A stretch of DNA of 64,000 bases, from IMG/VR virus record IMGVR_UViG_3300031974_001836, one strand, 5' to 3'. The DNA comes from an uncultured virus (IMG/VR IMGVR_UViG_3300031974_001836) (Duplodnaviria > Heunggongvirae > Uroviricota > Caudoviricetes). Positions 7,782 to 16,939 of the stretch are shown here, piece by piece. The notes under the pieces are model-generated. The model searched no databases. It was not told the origin of the DNA and was given only the letters and a program-made list of their open reading frames with translations. Every line of letters begins with the position of its first letter. Position 1 is the stretch's first letter. The translations under genes were made by a program, and so were the position numbers.

Positions 7782-7990
7782 CCTTCAGATGCCCTTTGTA
7801 CGAAGTCCTCTAACTTGAACCCACGCTTGTACAACTCTGTGCGCATCTTGTTCTTGTACTTCTTTTCATTACAACTGTCGAACTCCTTCCAGAGTTGCGT
7901 GTTGTCGAGTTGGTGCATATAGAAGTGTTGCGTCCTAGTCTTCTTCAAACGACTCTTCGCAACGTTACTTCTCTTATATTTGATTGGCAT
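7778..7990 (-). CDS. small basic hypothetical protein
   Basis: 70 aa ORF with SD, coupled to the next gene. Confidence 0.55.
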   Translation of the reverse strand: MPIKYKRSNVAKSRLKKTRTQHFYMHQLDNTQLWKEFDSCNEKKYKNKMRTELYKRGFKLEDFVQRASEG

Positions 7991-8013
7991 CTATTATCCC
8001 TCGTTCTCTAAAT

Positions 8014-8033
8014 CCCAAACACACTTGTTTGGG
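8014..8033 (-). terminator. hairpin downstream of aceA
   Basis: CCCAAACA/TGTTTGGG 8-bp stem with a weak U tract. Confidence 0.45.
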
Positions 8034-8039
8034 GGTGCC

Positions 8040-9281
8040 TTAAAATTGGTTTTCTTCGGTCGACCCTGCCATCGCTGCGGTAGAAGACGAACCAAGAGTT
8101 GTCGTAATTGCGTCAAAGTACCCGACTCCAACTTCTCTCTGGTGTTTTGCTCCTGTGTACCCACGTGCCTCTGCATCGAACTCTGCCTCCTGTAATAAAC
8201 TGTAAGCATACATCCCCTCATCTTTGTATCGGTTTGCGAAATCAAAGATTGCATAGTTAGTCTGGTGGAAACCAGCAAGTGTTATAAACTGGAACTTGAA
8301 TCCCATGCGACCTAGTTCTCTCTGGAACTCTTTTAGTTCTTGGTCACCTGGTATGGACTTTCTCCAGTTGAATGATGGTGAGCAGTTGTATGCCAACATT
8401 GCGTCTGGCACTGCTCCTTTGACTGCGTCGGCAAATCGTTTCGCATCCTTCAAGTCTGGTGTCGATGTCTCGCACCAAACGAGGTCTGCGTATTCTGCAT
8501 ATGCCTGACCACGTACACAACCGAACTCTAGTCCCCTATCTTCCTGTAGTTGATAGAACCCTTCTTGTGTACGACATTGAATAGATCCCGCACTCCCTTG
8601 TGCGACTCTCCTGATAAATGGTTTATCGATATCTGATATGTTGCTAGAGATTAACTTAGCAGACTCGGCATCAGTACGAGCAATAACAACAGTATCGGTG
8701 TCAGCAACGTCACTAGCAAGGCGAGCGGCATTAAGATTGCGTATTGCTTGACTAGTAGGAATAAGAACTTTTCCTCCAAGGTGTCCGCACTTCTTTTCGG
8801 CAGCCACTTGATCTTCGAAGTGAACACCTGCAGCACCTGCCTCGATAAGGTTTCGAGCAAGTTCATACGCATTTAGAACTCCTCCGAATCCTGCCTCAGC
8901 GTCGGCAATAATAGGGGCAAATTCAAACCCGTTTCCAGACTCCAGATATTCGATCTGGTCTTGTCGTCTAAATGCATTATTGATAGACTTGACAACATTA
9001 GGCACACTATCAACACCATAAAGGGACTGATCTGGATAAACTTCGTGATGAGAGTTCGCAGACGCGGCAACTTGCCACCCTGAAAGATAGATTGCTTTGA
9101 GTCCTGCTTTGACGTGTTGGACTGCTTGCTGTCCATTGTATGCTCCAAATGTGTTAATGTACTCGTTCTCTTCGAACAGTTGGCGCAGTTTTTTCGCACC
9201 CATTTTTGCGAGGGTGTGATCGATCTGCACGGTTCCTTTTAGACGACGAACTTCGTCTGGTGAATAATCTCGTTTTTTCAT
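8040..9281 (-). CDS. aceA: isocitrate lyase
   Basis: IYLSGWQVAA, YPDQSLY, DAEAGFGG, catalytic KKCGH, YNCSPSFNW, FQFITLAGFH, HQREVG and C-terminal STEENQF. Confidence 0.97.
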   Translation of the reverse strand: MKKRDYSPDEVRRLKGTVQIDHTLAKMGAKKLRQLFEENEYINTFGAYNGQQAVQHVKAGLKAIYLSGWQVAASANSHHEVYPDQSLYGVDSVPNVVKSINNAFRRQDQIEYLESGNGFEFAPIIADAEAGFGGVLNAYELARNLIEAGAAGVHFEDQVAAEKKCGHLGGKVLIPTSQAIRNLNAARLASDVADTDTVVIARTDAESAKLISSNISDIDKPFIRRVAQGSAGSIQCRTQEGFYQLQEDRGLEFGCVRGQAYAEYADLVWCETSTPDLKDAKRFADAVKGAVPDAMLAYNCSPSFNWRKSIPGDQELKEFQRELGRMGFKFQFITLAGFHQTNYAIFDFANRYKDEGMYAYSLLQEAEFDAEARGYTGAKHQREVGVGYFDAITTTLGSSSTAAMAGSTEENQF

Positions 9282-9301
9282 AACAAATCTCAGTGTAGTA
9301 G

Positions 9302-9377
9302 TGGTATCCCGTAGGGGGTTCGAACCCCTGTTGCCGCCGTGAAAGGGCGGAGTCCTAGACCACTAGACGAACGGGAC
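9302..9377 (-). tRNA. tRNA-Glu(UUC)
   Basis: GTCCCGT TCGTCTAG...CCGCC-CTTTCAC-GGCGG...ACGGGAT-A-CCA. Confidence 0.95.
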
Positions 9378-9403
9378 TCAATCGTTCATTATATAGGATT
9401 GCA

Positions 9404-9661
9404 TTAACCTCGAATCTGTTCGATGAGAATTACAATCTTGCCCTTTCCCCCTTCAACAAATATTGCAACGTCTGACGCTTCAACGTGGACACTATCATCT
9501 AGGAATCCACTGCGTACTTCTAATATGGCTTTATCAATTGCCTTTTCAGGACACTTGTATACTCCAATGATAAATGCCATTGGATCCATTACAACGTATA
9601 CATTACCAAGATCAACCGCACCATCACGAAAATATGTTGACGGATATGTTAATCCTTCCAT
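9404..9661 (-). CDS. hypothetical protein
   Basis: 85 aa ORF with AAGGA SD and an upstream TATAAT. Confidence 0.6.
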   Translation of the reverse strand: MEGLTYPSTYFRDGAVDLGNVYVVMDPMAFIIGVYKCPEKAIDKAILEVRSGFLDDSVHVEASDVAIFVEGGKGKIVILIEQIRG

Positions 9662-9691
9662 TGTCCTTGTACCTCTTAAGTGTGTATTATA

Positions 9692-9925
9692 TCATATATC
9701 AAAGTAGTAGACAACCGTTAGAGCATCTCTGTTTCTAAATCTTAGGACAAAATCTGTACGGTCCTCGATAGGTACGACGACTTTTCTTGTCCTCAGAATC
9801 GATCGCTTCTCTTTGTACGACTCCTCAAATATCTGCTCGGCAATCTCTCGTTCCTTGCTTTTAATGGGAACGAGTTCTTCCGGAGCACTAGTATTTAGGG
9901 AAAGAGAGATTACTAGATCAAGCAT
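9692..9925 (-). CDS. hypothetical protein
   Basis: TAATG-coupled to the cell wall hydrolase gene. Confidence 0.55.
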   Translation of the reverse strand: MLDLVISLSLNTSAPEELVPIKSKEREIAEQIFEESYKEKRSILRTRKVVVPIEDRTDFVLRFRNRDALTVVYYFDI

Positions 9926-10407
9926 TATCGTGTCTCCAAATAAAATAGATGATTTCCGATACGACCAATATAGTCCATAGACTTATTCCAATTCGGACTG
10001 ACATAGTCGGTGTGGTAGTGTGTGGCACTCTCTGTAATCCCTCTGAACTGGTTCTTGTGTAGGATGTTGACTGCAACGGTGATCGATCGTAACCACGAGT
10101 CGACCTCAGTGGGATGGTCCGACTTACCGTCGCAGTACCAACTGAACTGGCACTTGTCCCGAATTGGGACTCCTTCCCAAGTCTTTGCCTGAAACACAAC
10201 CCCACAGATACTGTCGGGGTAGAGTCTCGACTCCACACGATTCAAGACAACGTCTGCAACCGCATACTGTCCTGCTAGACTCTCAGATCGTGCCTCGTGA
10301 TAGACATTCATCGCAAGGCATTCGATCTCACTCTTTGCTCTCTCTTCCTGTGCGTACGCATATGACGTTATAGCAACAAGAAAAGCAATCGATATGTAAC
10401 GTAGCAT
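9925..10407 (-). CDS. cell wall hydrolase, SleB/Hydrolase_2 family
   Basis: CLAMNVYHEARSE, VADVVLNRV, CQFSWYCDG, ATHYH and IGNHLFY; N-terminal signal/TM segment. Confidence 0.92.
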   Translation of the reverse strand: MLRYISIAFLVAITSYAYAQEERAKSEIECLAMNVYHEARSESLAGQYAVADVVLNRVESRLYPDSICGVVFQAKTWEGVPIRDKCQFSWYCDGKSDHPTEVDSWLRSITVAVNILHKNQFRGITESATHYHTDYVSPNWNKSMDYIGRIGNHLFYLETR

Positions 10408-10532
10408 TACAGTGTTCTACGTAGATACCGCTTCAACTTGTTGAGTTGCTTGACACGAGACGGACGTGGATTGTCCCCGTACTTATTCATGAGTCTTGCG
10501 TACTCTTCTGCTAACCTAGACTGATACGTCAT
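10407..10532 (-). CDS. small basic protein (41 aa)
   Basis: Hand-translated MTYQSRLAEEYARLMNKYG; TAATG-coupled to the hydrolase. Confidence 0.5.
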   Translation of the reverse strand: MTYQSRLAEEYARLMNKYGDNPRPSRVKQLNKLKRYLRRTL

Positions 10533-10740
10533 TATAAATTTCCTCTTCGGTGTACATGAACGGGAATGCCTTCTGCACCATCTCTGGTTTAGAGCAGAAG
10601 TAGTTCCTGACTATCATCATAGAACGACGCAGTTCAGAATCCATCTCGACATCTTTGTCTGTGGATAGTGCGTGATCTATTTCTTCAACTATGATACGAT
10701 CGAACTGATCGTCATCTACAAATACATCTATGTAGGGCAT
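10516..10740 (-). CDS. hypothetical protein
   Basis: 74 aa ORF downstream of the promoter at 10777-10806. Confidence 0.6.
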   Translation of the reverse strand: MPYIDVFVDDDQFDRIIVEEIDHALSTDKDVEMDSELRRSMMIVRNYFCSKPEMVQKAFPFMYTEEEIYNDVSV

Positions 10741-10776
10741 CTTGGTGTCACATCCTTTTTTGATTAAGATGCGACT

Positions 10777-10812
10777 ATTATACTACAAAAAAAAGGGGGA
10801 TGTCAATCCCCC
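10777..10812 (-). promoter_or_regulatory. overlapping intrinsic terminator and sigma70 promoter
   Basis: GGGGGAT-TGAC-ATCCCCC followed by a T run; the hairpin contains the -35 TTGACA, and TATAAT lies 18 nt downstream. Confidence 0.75.
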
Positions 10813-10819
10813 GTGGTGT

Positions 10820-12097
10820 TTAGATCATATAGATCAGTTCTTCATGATCCAACTCATATAGATCTAACCATGTCTTGACATCGGTGACTTCACCGAAAGG
10901 AATGTCAATCCCCTTCTCTTTGGCAAACGTCTCCAGTTCTTTAGACTGGTTAATAAATCCTTGGATCTTCCAACGACCTTTAGGCACAAAAGATTCTACC
11001 GCCTTGTTGTGGGTTAGAATAGTACTATACCATTCCTTGACCTTTTTCTCAATAGAGGAAAGAACCTTTGATGGATCGATAGTACCGAAGTTACAAACGA
11101 TATTATACGTTGTGTCTTCTGGCAGTGCCACTGTAGGATTATTCATCATCGACAACTTAAGTCGTTCGTTGACCATTCCAGAAAAGAAATGGAACGTCTT
11201 ACTTGGATAGTCGATGCTTACCGATTTGTTAGAGACATATCGTTGATTGTCGGCAAAATTAATCGGGTCGGTCTCTTGCAAATAAGATATGCATGCTTCA
11301 CCACTTATGAAGGAAAGAAGAGTTTCTTCACCTTTCGCATCTTTAGTCAACTGGATTAAGAGTCGATCGATTTGTGTTTTTTTGCCTGAGCAAAACTTGC
11401 CGTTACCCATGAAGGCAATATCTTCTCTAACCTGAGCACGAAACATTTCCAACTGCTCAGGGGTAGATCTCTTGCTGATATTGTATTCTTTAGCACTAAA
11501 CTTTCGATTGATGATCTCTTCACACGTGTCCCAGTTGATCTGATCTTCTGGTCGACTAAGAGCATTGTGTCGAGCACCGATCATACTTGCTTGAGAAAGA
11601 GTGATGGGGCCATCGATCATTTTGAAAACATGCACTATACGATTTTTAAGGTGTGGATATAACTCACATAAAGTTTTGTGAGTAGTGTTTCCACTGAAAA
11701 CGTACTTGACCTTATCATTATCATCAACGATGACAAAGATACCTTTTTCTCGTAAGTCAAAGCCGTCACGGATACTGTTTCGGATCTGAGTTCTTTTTGT
11801 GTTATCACCTTTACGGTATAACTGCTTATTGGTTGCACTATCTACGATCTCAGATATTTCTTCGGTCGACATAAATTGCTTATGTGAGTACTCAACACCC
11901 TGATCCTCGTATCCATAGAGATACTCAAACCCAGTAGTCTCTGGATTAAAACCTGTTTTGGATAATTCAAGATCTTCTGAAGTGAAGAGAGTGCGGTTTG
12001 TGAGGTCTACTATAAACTTCGATCTCACACGTTTTTTCAAGGTACCGTCGAGACCTCGACGTTTTACCGTTTTCTTTTTTACTACTGCTAATGACAT
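10820..12097 (-). CDS. orphan 425-aa protein with possible degenerate ParB/Srx-like N-terminal domain
   Basis: Own promoter, AGGAG SD and terminator; IRNSIRDGFD...IFVIVD...YVFSGNTT loosely fits the ParB-N pattern. Confidence 0.6.
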   Translation of the reverse strand: MSLAVVKKKTVKRRGLDGTLKKRVRSKFIVDLTNRTLFTSEDLELSKTGFNPETTGFEYLYGYEDQGVEYSHKQFMSTEEISEIVDSATNKQLYRKGDNTKRTQIRNSIRDGFDLREKGIFVIVDDNDKVKYVFSGNTTHKTLCELYPHLKNRIVHVFKMIDGPITLSQASMIGARHNALSRPEDQINWDTCEEIINRKFSAKEYNISKRSTPEQLEMFRAQVREDIAFMGNGKFCSGKKTQIDRLLIQLTKDAKGEETLLSFISGEACISYLQETDPINFADNQRYVSNKSVSIDYPSKTFHFFSGMVNERLKLSMMNNPTVALPEDTTYNIVCNFGTIDPSKVLSSIEKKVKEWYSTILTHNKAVESFVPKGRWKIQGFINQSKELETFAKEKGIDIPFGEVTDVKTWLDLYELDHEELIYMI

Positions 12098-12185
12098 ATT
12101 GTCACTCCTGTATAAAATGTCATAAACAACTGCCTATGACATGATTTCAAAGTTCGTTGATAAGAACTCTCATCAACGAAAGCAT

Positions 12186-12215
12186 ATAGTATCAAATTAT
12201 CGGACTGCCTGTCAA
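12186..12215 (-). promoter_or_regulatory. sigma70-like promoter
   Basis: TTGACA-N18-TACTAT. Confidence 0.65.
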
Positions 12216-12219
12216 GCCC

Positions 12220-14694
12220 TTACCCGAAAAAATCTTCCAAAGATGCAACAGGTTCAGCAGTCCATCCCACCGCATCCAGAATCGGGGTGAGTGGATCTAG
12301 GAACGTCTTGTCGAACATGGTGTCATAATCGACGTACTGGTGCAGACCCAACTCCTCCGGAAGATTGAGTGGATAGGAGACGACGTTCTCACCCAAACGG
12401 TTTGGCATCTTGAGATAGACAAACTTAATCTTCTCTCCAGTCTTGACAGACTCGTATCGTGTGGTCAGACCTTTCTCCACAATAGCATTGTTGTAGCACA
12501 GTGCCCCTCGCACGTGGATGGGTGTGCCCTTCTTGTAGACCGTATTACGATCAATCCACTTGGTGAGTTCTGACACACCACGTGGGAATGAGACATCTTC
12601 GGGGGGTAAGGTCTTGAAATGGGACTTAAAGTCAGAAATGTACCGTTGTGTATCTGATTCGGTACCTTCTACGATGACCCGAAAGATCTCCTTGAACTTG
12701 TCACGCACGACCTGTGGAGTCGATGACTTGATTGCCTCGATGCCCATCATCTTGAGTTTGGGTTGTGCGTACTGGACACCCTCGTTGTTGTGGACGTTTA
12801 GGATGTATCGTTTCTTCGCCATCCAGATACCACGATCAGCAATCACCTCACGACCCATCTCCATGCGATTGACATATGCACCCGTGGCAGCTGCCATTTG
12901 GTCGTATGCCTTGCGCAGTTGTTTCTCGAAATGCGTGGAGCAGATCTTGTCTAGGAACCCGACAGGGTTCTTGGGTTGGAACTTATCGATCAAACCACCC
13001 ATGCGAATGTAAACAGAGTCGGTATCGATTGCGACGACGTAGTCCTCATCGGTCTGGAGTATACCTTGCATCTCAGTGTTCACTGCACGTTCTGCCCACT
13101 TAATTGCCAACTGACCCGCAAGAGTAATAGACTCTGCAACACGTTGATCGAAGTATCGGAAGTACTTGTTGCCCAGTGCACCATAGAGTGAGTTCATCAA
13201 GATCTTAATTGCCATTTGCTGGTTGTCCAGAGAGGTGATCTTGTACTGCAGAGACTTGCTCGGATTCGTCTGGTATTCTCGTTGCAGTTCGAGCATCTTG
13301 TCTTTGATGATGCGTCGGTCAGCATAGTATTGCTCAATGATCTTCGGGATCACCCCCTTCCGATCATGAGTAAATCGTACTCCAGTCGGTGAGAGAGAAT
13401 ACCCATCTTCGGTGACCGTCTTCCCGTCTAGGAATGCTTGCACACTGGCAGACAGATCCAGTCCGTCTAGTACTGTCTCCGGAGACATGTTGTACTGGAC
13501 AATGATGTTTGGGTATAGAGAGTTCAAGTCGAACGAGGTAACCCACTCATGCGATCCTACCTGTGGTTCTTTGACGTAACCCCCAGGATAAGGAGTCTTG
13601 GGTTTCTCCACCTTGGGTGGCACTGCGATCTTCTGCTTGTTCAGCATACGGTAAATGATCGAGTCCCAGATGTTTGTGGTGCCCAAGGTGTCTCCATAGT
13701 TCACACCACCACGATACGCCATGGTGAGCACCAGAGAGATCAGATCGAGTTTCTCATCGAGTTTGTGCACCAACTCCACGTCCTTGACGTTGTAGTCGAT
13801 GAACTTCTGATAGTCCTCTTTGTAGAGGGTGTGTAGGTTGCCGTGCTCCTCATACGAGAGTTTGCGTTCACCCAACACCACGTGAGCAATGTGATCGAGT
13901 CGATACGATTCCTGCTGCCCCAACGTATTCAGGGTGAACTTCTTGAAGATCTCGATGTAGTCCAGATGCTCGACACCCTCGATGACGTAGTATTGCTGAT
14001 CACGGTTGTTGATTCTCTGCTTACGATCACGAACCGCACCCCACGGAGAGAGTCGTTTTAGTAACGTGTCGTCACCAAACAACTTGATGCATCGGTTACA
14101 GATGTATGGGATATCGAAGAATCGTGTATTCCACCCTGTAACGACATCGGGTGCGTAGGTGATCCAGTGATCTACAAACTTTCGGAGTAGGTCGACCTCA
14201 TTGTCACACTTGATAAACAGCACATCCTCACGTGTTGGGGTGTAGTCGTTGAGACCCCACACCCAATAGTTGCCGTCGTTCTTGCGAATGGCAATCGAGA
14301 TAACGGGATGCTCTGCCCGTTCAGGTTCTGGGAATCCGGAGTCGGATGCCACCTCGATATCGATGTTCATCACACGGACTTGACTCCGGTCGAACTGAAT
14401 ATCGTTGGGATACTCTTCGGCAATGAACTGCGTAACGTAGTTGGTGTTGCCGTAGATGGTATAGTTAGAGACCCCACTGTACAACTTGACGTGGTCTGCA
14501 GCGTCGGTCATAGAGTCGAACTGCATCTCCACCACGGACTGTCCGGTGAGGGTTTTCCACGGGGACGGACTGTCCCCTTGGATGTAGAGTTTGGGTTTGA
14601 AGGGGATACGTAACTTGACTTGCTGTCCGTTGTCATATCCACGATAGAGGATGGAGTTACCCATCCGGATCACTGAGGTATAGAATCTATTCAT
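12220..14694 (-). CDS. gp43: DNA polymerase, family B (gp43)
   Basis: Exonuclease [17 protein letters not shown]; polymerase [26 protein letters not shown]; start set at ATG 14694 because the upstream extension is the promoter. Confidence 0.97.
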   Translation of the reverse strand: MNRFYTSVIRMGNSILYRGYDNGQQVKLRIPFKPKLYIQGDSPSPWKTLTGQSVVEMQFDSMTDAADHVKLYSGVSNYTIYGNTNYVTQFIAEEYPNDIQFDRSQVRVMNIDIEVASDSGFPEPERAEHPVISIAIRKNDGNYWVWGLNDYTPTREDVLFIKCDNEVDLLRKFVDHWITYAPDVVTGWNTRFFDIPYICNRCIKLFGDDTLLKRLSPWGAVRDRKQRINNRDQQYYVIEGVEHLDYIEIFKKFTLNTLGQQESYRLDHIAHVVLGERKLSYEEHGNLHTLYKEDYQKFIDYNVKDVELVHKLDEKLDLISLVLTMAYRGGVNYGDTLGTTNIWDSIIYRMLNKQKIAVPPKVEKPKTPYPGGYVKEPQVGSHEWVTSFDLNSLYPNIIVQYNMSPETVLDGLDLSASVQAFLDGKTVTEDGYSLSPTGVRFTHDRKGVIPKIIEQYYADRRIIKDKMLELQREYQTNPSKSLQYKITSLDNQQMAIKILMNSLYGALGNKYFRYFDQRVAESITLAGQLAIKWAERAVNTEMQGILQTDEDYVVAIDTDSVYIRMGGLIDKFQPKNPVGFLDKICSTHFEKQLRKAYDQMAAATGAYVNRMEMGREVIADRGIWMAKKRYILNVHNNEGVQYAQPKLKMMGIEAIKSSTPQVVRDKFKEIFRVIVEGTESDTQRYISDFKSHFKTLPPEDVSFPRGVSELTKWIDRNTVYKKGTPIHVRGALCYNNAIVEKGLTTRYESVKTGEKIKFVYLKMPNRLGENVVSYPLNLPEELGLHQYVDYDTMFDKTFLDPLTPILDAVGWTAEPVASLEDFFG

Positions 14695-14701
14695 GGTGCC
14701 T

Positions 14702-14730
14702 ATTATACAGAGTGGGGATGTGTCTGTCAA
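14702..14730 (-). promoter_or_regulatory. sigma70 consensus promoter of gp43
   Basis: TTGACA-N17-TATAAT, 7 nt before the ATG. Confidence 0.8.
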
Positions 14731-14733
14731 TAG

Positions 14734-15525
14734 TTATAGGTCACCCTGCTCCATCTTTGCGAATGTGGTGAAAAGGAAATCTGCAAATGCCAGCTGAGTT
14801 TTTTCCCCTGGATGACCGTACTCTTTTTTATCGTTAAGTTCAAGACACAATGTGTAGAGATCCTTACCAAAATTCCAACCCACTTTGCTCGTAGGTTTAA
14901 GATCCGTCAGTGCCCTTTTAATCCATGCCGACCATTCTGGTATCTGTTTGATAGATTGCTCAAATGGCAGATCTCCATCGGGTAACGGAGCATCGGTCAA
15001 GATTGCCATTAAGTTGTCCTTATTCCTCTTGTGGAACCAACCCTGTATCAGACGAATGCCTCTTGCCTCACAAAGCAGTTCTAAGGTTTTCTGCTTAGTA
15101 AGGGTGTGCATGATGTCCGTGTGCGTCGTGTACACAAGGTTATACCAATCTATTAAAATCTCTCTGCGAAGTCTATTCTGAATCAGATCACATCTCATGT
15201 GGGAATATTGAGTCACGTTCTGTTGACGACCGATCTTCAACTCTTTCTCTTCAGGGACATACTCGACCAACTCGTTTCTCTGCCATGCCGACCACATAAC
15301 AACCATGTGAGTAATGTTTGCATCTGGGTTTGCGAAAAGATAGTCAGTGACCTCACGAAAAATCTTATCATTGCATGCACCGCAGACACCTAGGTTCACA
15401 TAGTCGATACCTTTCTTATTAGCAAGGATGCTCGTGAATGTGTGCTTCTGGTGAGAGGGTGGGTCTGTATCATAACCTTCCAGTTCGTCTCCCCAGACGA
15501 AACTGCAACCTGCGGTCAATAGCAT
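14734..15525 (-). CDS. SGNH-hydrolase-like hypothetical protein
   Basis: N-terminal GCSFVWG, NLGVCGACN and C-terminal GHPG. Confidence 0.6.
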   Translation of the reverse strand: MLLTAGCSFVWGDELEGYDTDPPSHQKHTFTSILANKKGIDYVNLGVCGACNDKIFREVTDYLFANPDANITHMVVMWSAWQRNELVEYVPEEKELKIGRQQNVTQYSHMRCDLIQNRLRREILIDWYNLVYTTHTDIMHTLTKQKTLELLCEARGIRLIQGWFHKRNKDNLMAILTDAPLPDGDLPFEQSIKQIPEWSAWIKRALTDLKPTSKVGWNFGKDLYTLCLELNDKKEYGHPGEKTQLAFADFLFTTFAKMEQGDL

Positions 15526-15899
15526 TAGTGCTTCTCTTTATAGTCTTTGATAGCAGCCTTGATCGCATCCTCTGCGAGCACACTGCAATGGATTTTTACT
15601 GGTGGTAGTGCGAGTTCTTTTGCGATGTCTGTATTACGGATATTCCCGGCATCTTCGAGACTTTTACCTTTGACCCACTCAGTGAGCAAAGAACTAGAAG
15701 CGATAGCACTACCACAACCATAAGTTTTAAATTTAGCATCTTGGATAATTCCGATTTCGTCTACGAGAATCTGTAGTTGCATCACGTCACCACAAGCAGG
15801 TGCTCCCACCATACCAGTTCCGACATTGTCGTCTTCCTTGTCCATCTTTCCCACATTGCGTGGGTTCTCATAGTGGTCTAAGACCTTGTCAGAATACAT
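15525..15899 (-). CDS. iscU: Fe-S cluster scaffold IscU
   Basis: YSDKVLDHYENPRNVG, GAPACGDVM, FKTYGCGSAIASSS and LPPVKIHCS. Confidence 0.97.
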   Translation of the reverse strand: MYSDKVLDHYENPRNVGKMDKEDDNVGTGMVGAPACGDVMQLQILVDEIGIIQDAKFKTYGCGSAIASSSLLTEWVKGKSLEDAGNIRNTDIAKELALPPVKIHCSVLAEDAIKAAIKDYKEKH

Positions 15900-16579
15900 T
15901 ACTCTGTCTCGATATCTTCAATAAGCATGTCTCGTAACTGACGTGCTTGTGCGTCTTCTGGGTTATCTACACTACCGTTGTTCACAAACTTGTATGCAAG
16001 TGTGATACGTTGACACTCCGTATATGCGGCATGCCAACAGTGCAGATCAGTTTCATGACCAGCACCAAAGTAGTAGTGACGACACTGCCAACCAGGAACA
16101 TCTGGGATCTTAATGATTTCGTCTTTCTGTTTGTCGTAGTACTCGAAGAAACCGTCTCCGGTCTCTGACCACGTGAACAGAACCTGATATGCGTTGGCAT
16201 CAAAGTTAGTATGCCAACCCACGAAACCTCCGGGTGGGTAATAAGAAAGGAGAGCAGATGTGTGTGCACCCAGTTCAGCAGCGAAGTCATACTTGACCTT
16301 CTGCATGAAGTCTCCCCACATTTCCTTATCTTCTCGCACCATTTTTGAAATCGGTTGTGCGAAGTACCGATCAGGCGGGCCAACTAGACCTTCTTGACCA
16401 CGAGATAAGCAATCAAGCAGATACTCACGTGAGGTATAGTAAGACCCCAAGTCAATATCCTTTCTCTCATGATACGTCCAGTACTTTTCGTCGTTGTACG
16501 ACGGTTTGGATAACATCTCTTCGGAGAATCCGTTGAGTACCTCCAACATTTCTTTATTACGAATTACTACTTCAGTCAT
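15899..16579 (-). CDS. 2OG-Fe(II) oxygenase-like protein, HxN family, paralog 1
   Basis: YPPGGFVGWHTN...FTWSETGDG...YFG...WHAA...RITLAY. Confidence 0.65.
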   Translation of the reverse strand: MTEVVIRNKEMLEVLNGFSEEMLSKPSYNDEKYWTYHERKDIDLGSYYTSREYLLDCLSRGQEGLVGPPDRYFAQPISKMVREDKEMWGDFMQKVKYDFAAELGAHTSALLSYYPPGGFVGWHTNFDANAYQVLFTWSETGDGFFEYYDKQKDEIIKIPDVPGWQCRHYYFGAGHETDLHCWHAAYTECQRITLAYKFVNNGSVDNPEDAQARQLRDMLIEDIETE

Positions 16580-16776
16580 TTCTTCTTACCACGTCGGATG
16601 ATCATCGAGTAACGATCCCCAACCTGCTGCTTAAAGGTTATAGTATCACCGTCCGACAAACGAAACTTGTCCAACAAATCGTCGGGCAATTCGAATGCGA
16701 ACTCACCATTATCTAATTCAATAACGGGACAGGCAAAGATTTCTTTACTCTTGATTATCCCTGTCGAACTTGTCAT
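16576..16776 (-). CDS. AbrB/MazE-like small DNA-binding protein
   Basis: FELPDDLLDKFRLSDGDTITF. Confidence 0.55.
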   Translation of the reverse strand: MTSSTGIIKSKEIFACPVIELDNGEFAFELPDDLLDKFRLSDGDTITFKQQVGDRYSMIIRRGKKK

Positions 16777-16930
16777 TTGCTTTCTTTAAATCTGCCTCAG
16801 TGCATGCTCCGGTGTGAAGCAGATATGCTACTGTTGCATTGATTCCCTTTTGTCTACCGATTAAATCACCAATGAAGTAAGATATCCATAGCAGTCCTAC
16901 TGCTAATATCGTATGTATATATGGATCCAT
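16745..16930 (-). CDS. small membrane protein
   Basis: 61 aa with one TM segment and AGGAG SD. Confidence 0.6.
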   Translation of the reverse strand: MDPYIHTILAVGLLWISYFIGDLIGRQKGINATVAYLLHTGACTEADLKKANDKFDRDNQE

Positions 16931-16939
16931 TTTAACTCC

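Noticed and set aside
14695..14730. N-terminal extension [12 protein letters not shown] of gp43, and MYDIIHL of the primase-like ORF
   Set aside because: These codons are the promoter sequence itself, so the downstream ATGs were used.
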